From Marsupella aquatica (lineage: Eukaryota; Plantae; Marchantiophyta), in the NCBI GenBank assembly GCA_973895155.1, contig OZ316891.1:10231875-10295874 (forward strand): a stretch of DNA of 64,000 bases, read 5' to 3'. A program made the translations under genes and the position numbers. This document shows, in pieces, positions 60,810-64,000 of this stretch; positions within the stretch are counted from its first letter, which is position 1; the number at the start of each line of letters is the position of its first letter. The notes under the pieces are model-generated. The model did no database searches, was not told where the DNA came from, and worked only from the letters and a program-made list of their open reading frames with translations.

Positions 60810-63170
60810 TCAAAGCCGAACATTCTGTTCAAGAAGTAATTTTTCCTTCCTTATCACTTGAAGCCACAGGCCCCAGTAATAGCCTGACTGGAGCGTTTTT
60901 GAATCACCAACTATCAGCAATCCTCTCTTAGCTCGAGTTAGAGCTACGTTCATTCGTCGCGGGTCTGTTAAAAATCCCAGCCGACCTTCCGGATTGCTCC
61001 GAACTGTGGAGATCACAATAACCTCTTTCTCCCGGCCTTGGAAACCATCAACCGTTTTCACTTCCAAGTCTGAAAACCTTCCTTTATCTGCAGTCTCTCC
61101 CTCCAAAAACAAATCCTGTAATAATCTGATCTGTGCACTATATGGTGAAATTACGCCAACATCAATACAGCTCAGATCACCTTCTTTGACGAGAAAATCA
61201 ACAGCTTGAACCACCTGTAGGGCCTCTCTTCGATTGAAATAGGAGTTGCCAAAGGAAGTTGTCTGCTCCATTCCATTTGCACAGTCGATGAAGACAAGAG
61301 GTTTGGCTTTGTTGGGAAATTCCAGACCTTTTGGTATGGGCCTCTCAGAAGGTTTCACATTAGATAACAATCGATTTCCGTAAAACATTTGTGATGGCCA
61401 GGATGCAAGAAAAGGGTGCATCCTATATTGGGTATCGAGAAGGAGAGGCTCCAATCCACAGTCCTGTAGACGCTCAAACAGGCTTCTAGATAGACCCTCA
61501 TCTAATGCATCTCTAGAGATAACAGTGGGCGGGAGTTGAGCAGGATCACCAACCAACACAACAGTATCTGCACCACTTCTCAGTATGGGGATGAGGGTAG
61601 CAGGTTCTGTTGCTTGCGTAGCTTCATCAATGACACAGGCCCGAAAATGCCTATCATCAAGAACCGGGTCTCCAGCACCAACACAAGTAGCAGCAATAAC
61701 GTCAGCCCCATCCAAAACTGCCTTGACAGCTTCTTTCTCAAGATCAGAAGCCTTGTCCCACAACCCAGTTGACTCGATTGCACCAGCTTTCCTTTTCTTC
61801 TCATTGTTAATTTGTCTAGCTGCTCTTCTTTTCAACACAGCCTCGTCTCGGTACCCTTTTACCCTTTTCATAAGAGGATGGGCACTTACTTGAGCTGCAA
61901 TTGTTGAATTTCTCAATTCCTCTTTCACCTTCACAGGTTGACCAACTCTCACCACCCTTACTCCTTGCTCCAGCAACCCCTCCACCAGATTGTCCACTGC
62001 AACGTTACTGTCTGCACATGCGAGAACTTTGCCCTGCCCATGTTTGCACAAGCCTTTGATGAGGCGAACCAGTGTTCGAGTCTTCCCTGTCCCTGGAGGT
62101 CCTTGCCAGAGCGTCATCCTGCCACACATTGCTTTCTGAATGGCATTCTTTTGGCTTCTGTTAATGTCCATCTCCAGGTCCTGTAAAAAAGTAGCAATGA
62201 AGCTCCTATATGCTCCAAGATTTTTGCTACCCACTTTTGAGGGAGGGGTCCTCATTATTTTGAGAGCCTCCTGTCTAATAGGTGATTTTAATGACTGATC
62301 ATTTGTCTTATCACCCTCTGAGAAAGTTCTGTCGTCCGCAGTTGAATCTAGAGTGACATGTGAAGATTCTGCTTCCATAAGCAAATCCCTAAATGACATG
62401 ACTCCTTCTCCCATTCTGGGTAAACTGTCAGGTGAATTGCCAGAATTTGATAGCTTGGATGGGCTCTTCGATGAGTTATTATCCGTGCTGGGCTGTTGTT
62501 GCATAGATCCTGGACGTATCTTGGGTGAAGAGAAGGCGTTGACAGCCCATAGGCATCGCTCATAGGCCACACGGTTTGAGGATAAATCCAAACGCCACTT
62601 CAATCTCTGATCTACCTCTCCAGCTTGCCTGGACGGCACCACCACTCGTAAAAACCTCCGGGCCCTCTCCATGACGACCCCTTCAACTGTACAATCGTCC
62701 CCTTCGAGAGGATTCCTCCTGCTGATGGCAACCACATCTCCGTGGGAGAACTCGTGATACGTGGGCAAAAGCCCATTTCCTTGCGAGTTGTAAAATTGAA
62801 GCACTGTGTCTTTATAGAGCTGTCCATCTAGACGCACAGACAGATCGAAGAGCGCCAAGCCCTCGTCCTGGAGCCGCTTCTTTGACCACGTCTTAATTCT
62901 CTCTTTCATGGTAGCCATCTCTTCTGTCAACTCGGCTTCGAGCGCTCGTGTGTATCGAGAGCGGTAGCTGTCCAGCTGCAATCGCCTCTGCTCTTGCTTG
63001 GCCCCACGTTGTCTGGTTCCCCTCTCGTCCTCCTGCTGAGGCGTTCTGGAACGGCATCGAGGAGCACTAATTCGCCAATTGACCTTGCAATTGTGGGGTA
63101 AGATGTGAGAACCAGAATTAGGCCATTGTAAGATGCGGTACACGGAATCGTTACCCACCGCGTGAATCAT
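60810..63170 (-). CDS. Superfamily 1B helicase (Upf1/IGHMBP2/Hcs1-like, AAA_11/AAA_12), single-exon CDS, about 786 aa from ATG 63170
   Basis: INRSQKNAI (Q motif), QGPPGTGKT, SNVAVDNL, IDEATQ, VGDPAQLPP, QYRMHP, GVISPYSAQ, TVDGFQGREK and RRMNVALTRAK. An in-frame TGA lies just upstream of the ORF, so ATG 63170 is the likely start unless an upstream exon splices in. Confidence 0.9.
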   Translation of the reverse strand: MIHAVGNDSVYRILQWPNSGSHILPHNCKVNWRISAPRCRSRTPQQEDERGTRQRGAKQEQRRLQLDSYRSRYTRALEAELTEEMATMKERIKTWSKKRLQDEGLALFDLSVRLDGQLYKDTVLQFYNSQGNGLLPTYHEFSHGDVVAISRRNPLEGDDCTVEGVVMERARRFLRVVVPSRQAGEVDQRLKWRLDLSSNRVAYERCLWAVNAFSSPKIRPGSMQQQPSTDNNSSKSPSKLSNSGNSPDSLPRMGEGVMSFRDLLMEAESSHVTLDSTADDRTFSEGDKTNDQSLKSPIRQEALKIMRTPPSKVGSKNLGAYRSFIATFLQDLEMDINRSQKNAIQKAMCGRMTLWQGPPGTGKTRTLVRLIKGLCKHGQGKVLACADSNVAVDNLVEGLLEQGVRVVRVGQPVKVKEELRNSTIAAQVSAHPLMKRVKGYRDEAVLKRRAARQINNEKKRKAGAIESTGLWDKASDLEKEAVKAVLDGADVIAATCVGAGDPVLDDRHFRACVIDEATQATEPATLIPILRSGADTVVLVGDPAQLPPTVISRDALDEGLSRSLFERLQDCGLEPLLLDTQYRMHPFLASWPSQMFYGNRLLSNVKPSERPIPKGLEFPNKAKPLVFIDCANGMEQTTSFGNSYFNRREALQVVQAVDFLVKEGDLSCIDVGVISPYSAQIRLLQDLFLEGETADKGRFSDLEVKTVDGFQGREKEVIVISTVRSNPEGRLGFLTDPRRMNVALTRAKRGLLIVGDSKTLQSGYYWGLWLQVIRKEKLLLEQNVRL

Positions 63171-64000
63171 GGTCCTGCCCAATCAGGACACCTACATTTT
63201 GAGTGAGATACAATCCATTAGGAGCTGCAGCATTTTTCCACAACCAGAACAGATTCTTCTCGATAGTTCAGACGGACCCTGCCTCTGCCTTTCCCTGTAA
63301 GGTCCACCTATGGCATCGCTGCTATTATACCTTCCAGTCTAGCCTCTTTCTCCTACGACCGTGCCAGTGTCCTGATGCTGGGCCAGAATGTGATTCTTCT
63401 CCCCTTCCGTTTTGCTTCCCACCAAGACCTTGGCTCATCCTGTGCTCCTCCAAAATCCAGCTATGGCGTTGTTGCTTTTGTTTACTCTTGTCAAGCCTCT
63501 TTCTCTCCTCAGACATGAACACCTTGCCATAACTCTGCTGCTGAGGCTATGCACAAGTTTTCTCTGTTTCATTAGGCTTCCATTTCAAAGAGGGTATTCA
63601 ACAGCCTGCATGATTGATCAGATGTCTCAAGAGACAGAGCACCAGTTTGCGTTCAAGTGAATTGCAAGATTGCCGTCATGAGCACCTTTCCTGGACCTCA
63701 GCCTGTTTGGCAGCACCTCAATTCACCTACACGCTAAATCTCGCAGCTCAATGTAGATGTCTCGTTCGGTTGAAGGAAATACTCTGCTGCCTTGCATTCA
63801 CATTCAATCTCCACAATATCCAAGAATCCGGATGTATCAAAACTGCTTCTGTCCTCGGATTGGGATCAATGGCAACGAATTCTCACGTCCATCTTTCACT
63901 TCTCAGAAGCATTGTCCGATTTTTCTGAGAAGATCCGAAGCTCTACCCTGCATAAAAATCATCATGATAAAAAACTTGATATATCATCAAACTCAGATTT

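Overview
Eukaryotic nuclear DNA from a non-vascular land plant, most likely a liverwort (GT-AG introns, a TTTAGGG repeat, and a mitochondrial rps2 insert that resembles the liverwort protein as I recall it). Seven protein-coding genes are supported. In order: the 3' part of a multi-exon ArgJ ornithine acetyltransferase (+), an intronless ADP-glucose pyrophosphorylase small subunit (+), a 3-exon pullulanase/limit dextrinase with an N-terminal CBM41-like module (+), TAF6 (-), a PNISR/SFRS18-like Q/P-rich RS protein (+), an MRG chromodomain protein with a long charged repeat tail (+), and an intronless SF1B (Upf1/IGHMBP2-like) helicase (-). The intergenic DNA holds four LTRs of one Ty1/Copia group, one truncated gag-PR-IN remnant, an L1-type LINE fragment, a mosaic NUMT (rps2 + SSU rRNA), a polyadenylated U6 retrocopy with target-site duplications, and many short tandem duplications and foldbacks. 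No clearly new multi-gene system is proven. The best leads are the adjacent, intron-poor starch genes, the CBM41-bearing pullulanase, the MRG repeat tail, several retroposition footprints and a compact three-way-junction element downstream of MRG. All family assignments come from motif recognition by eye; no database search was run.
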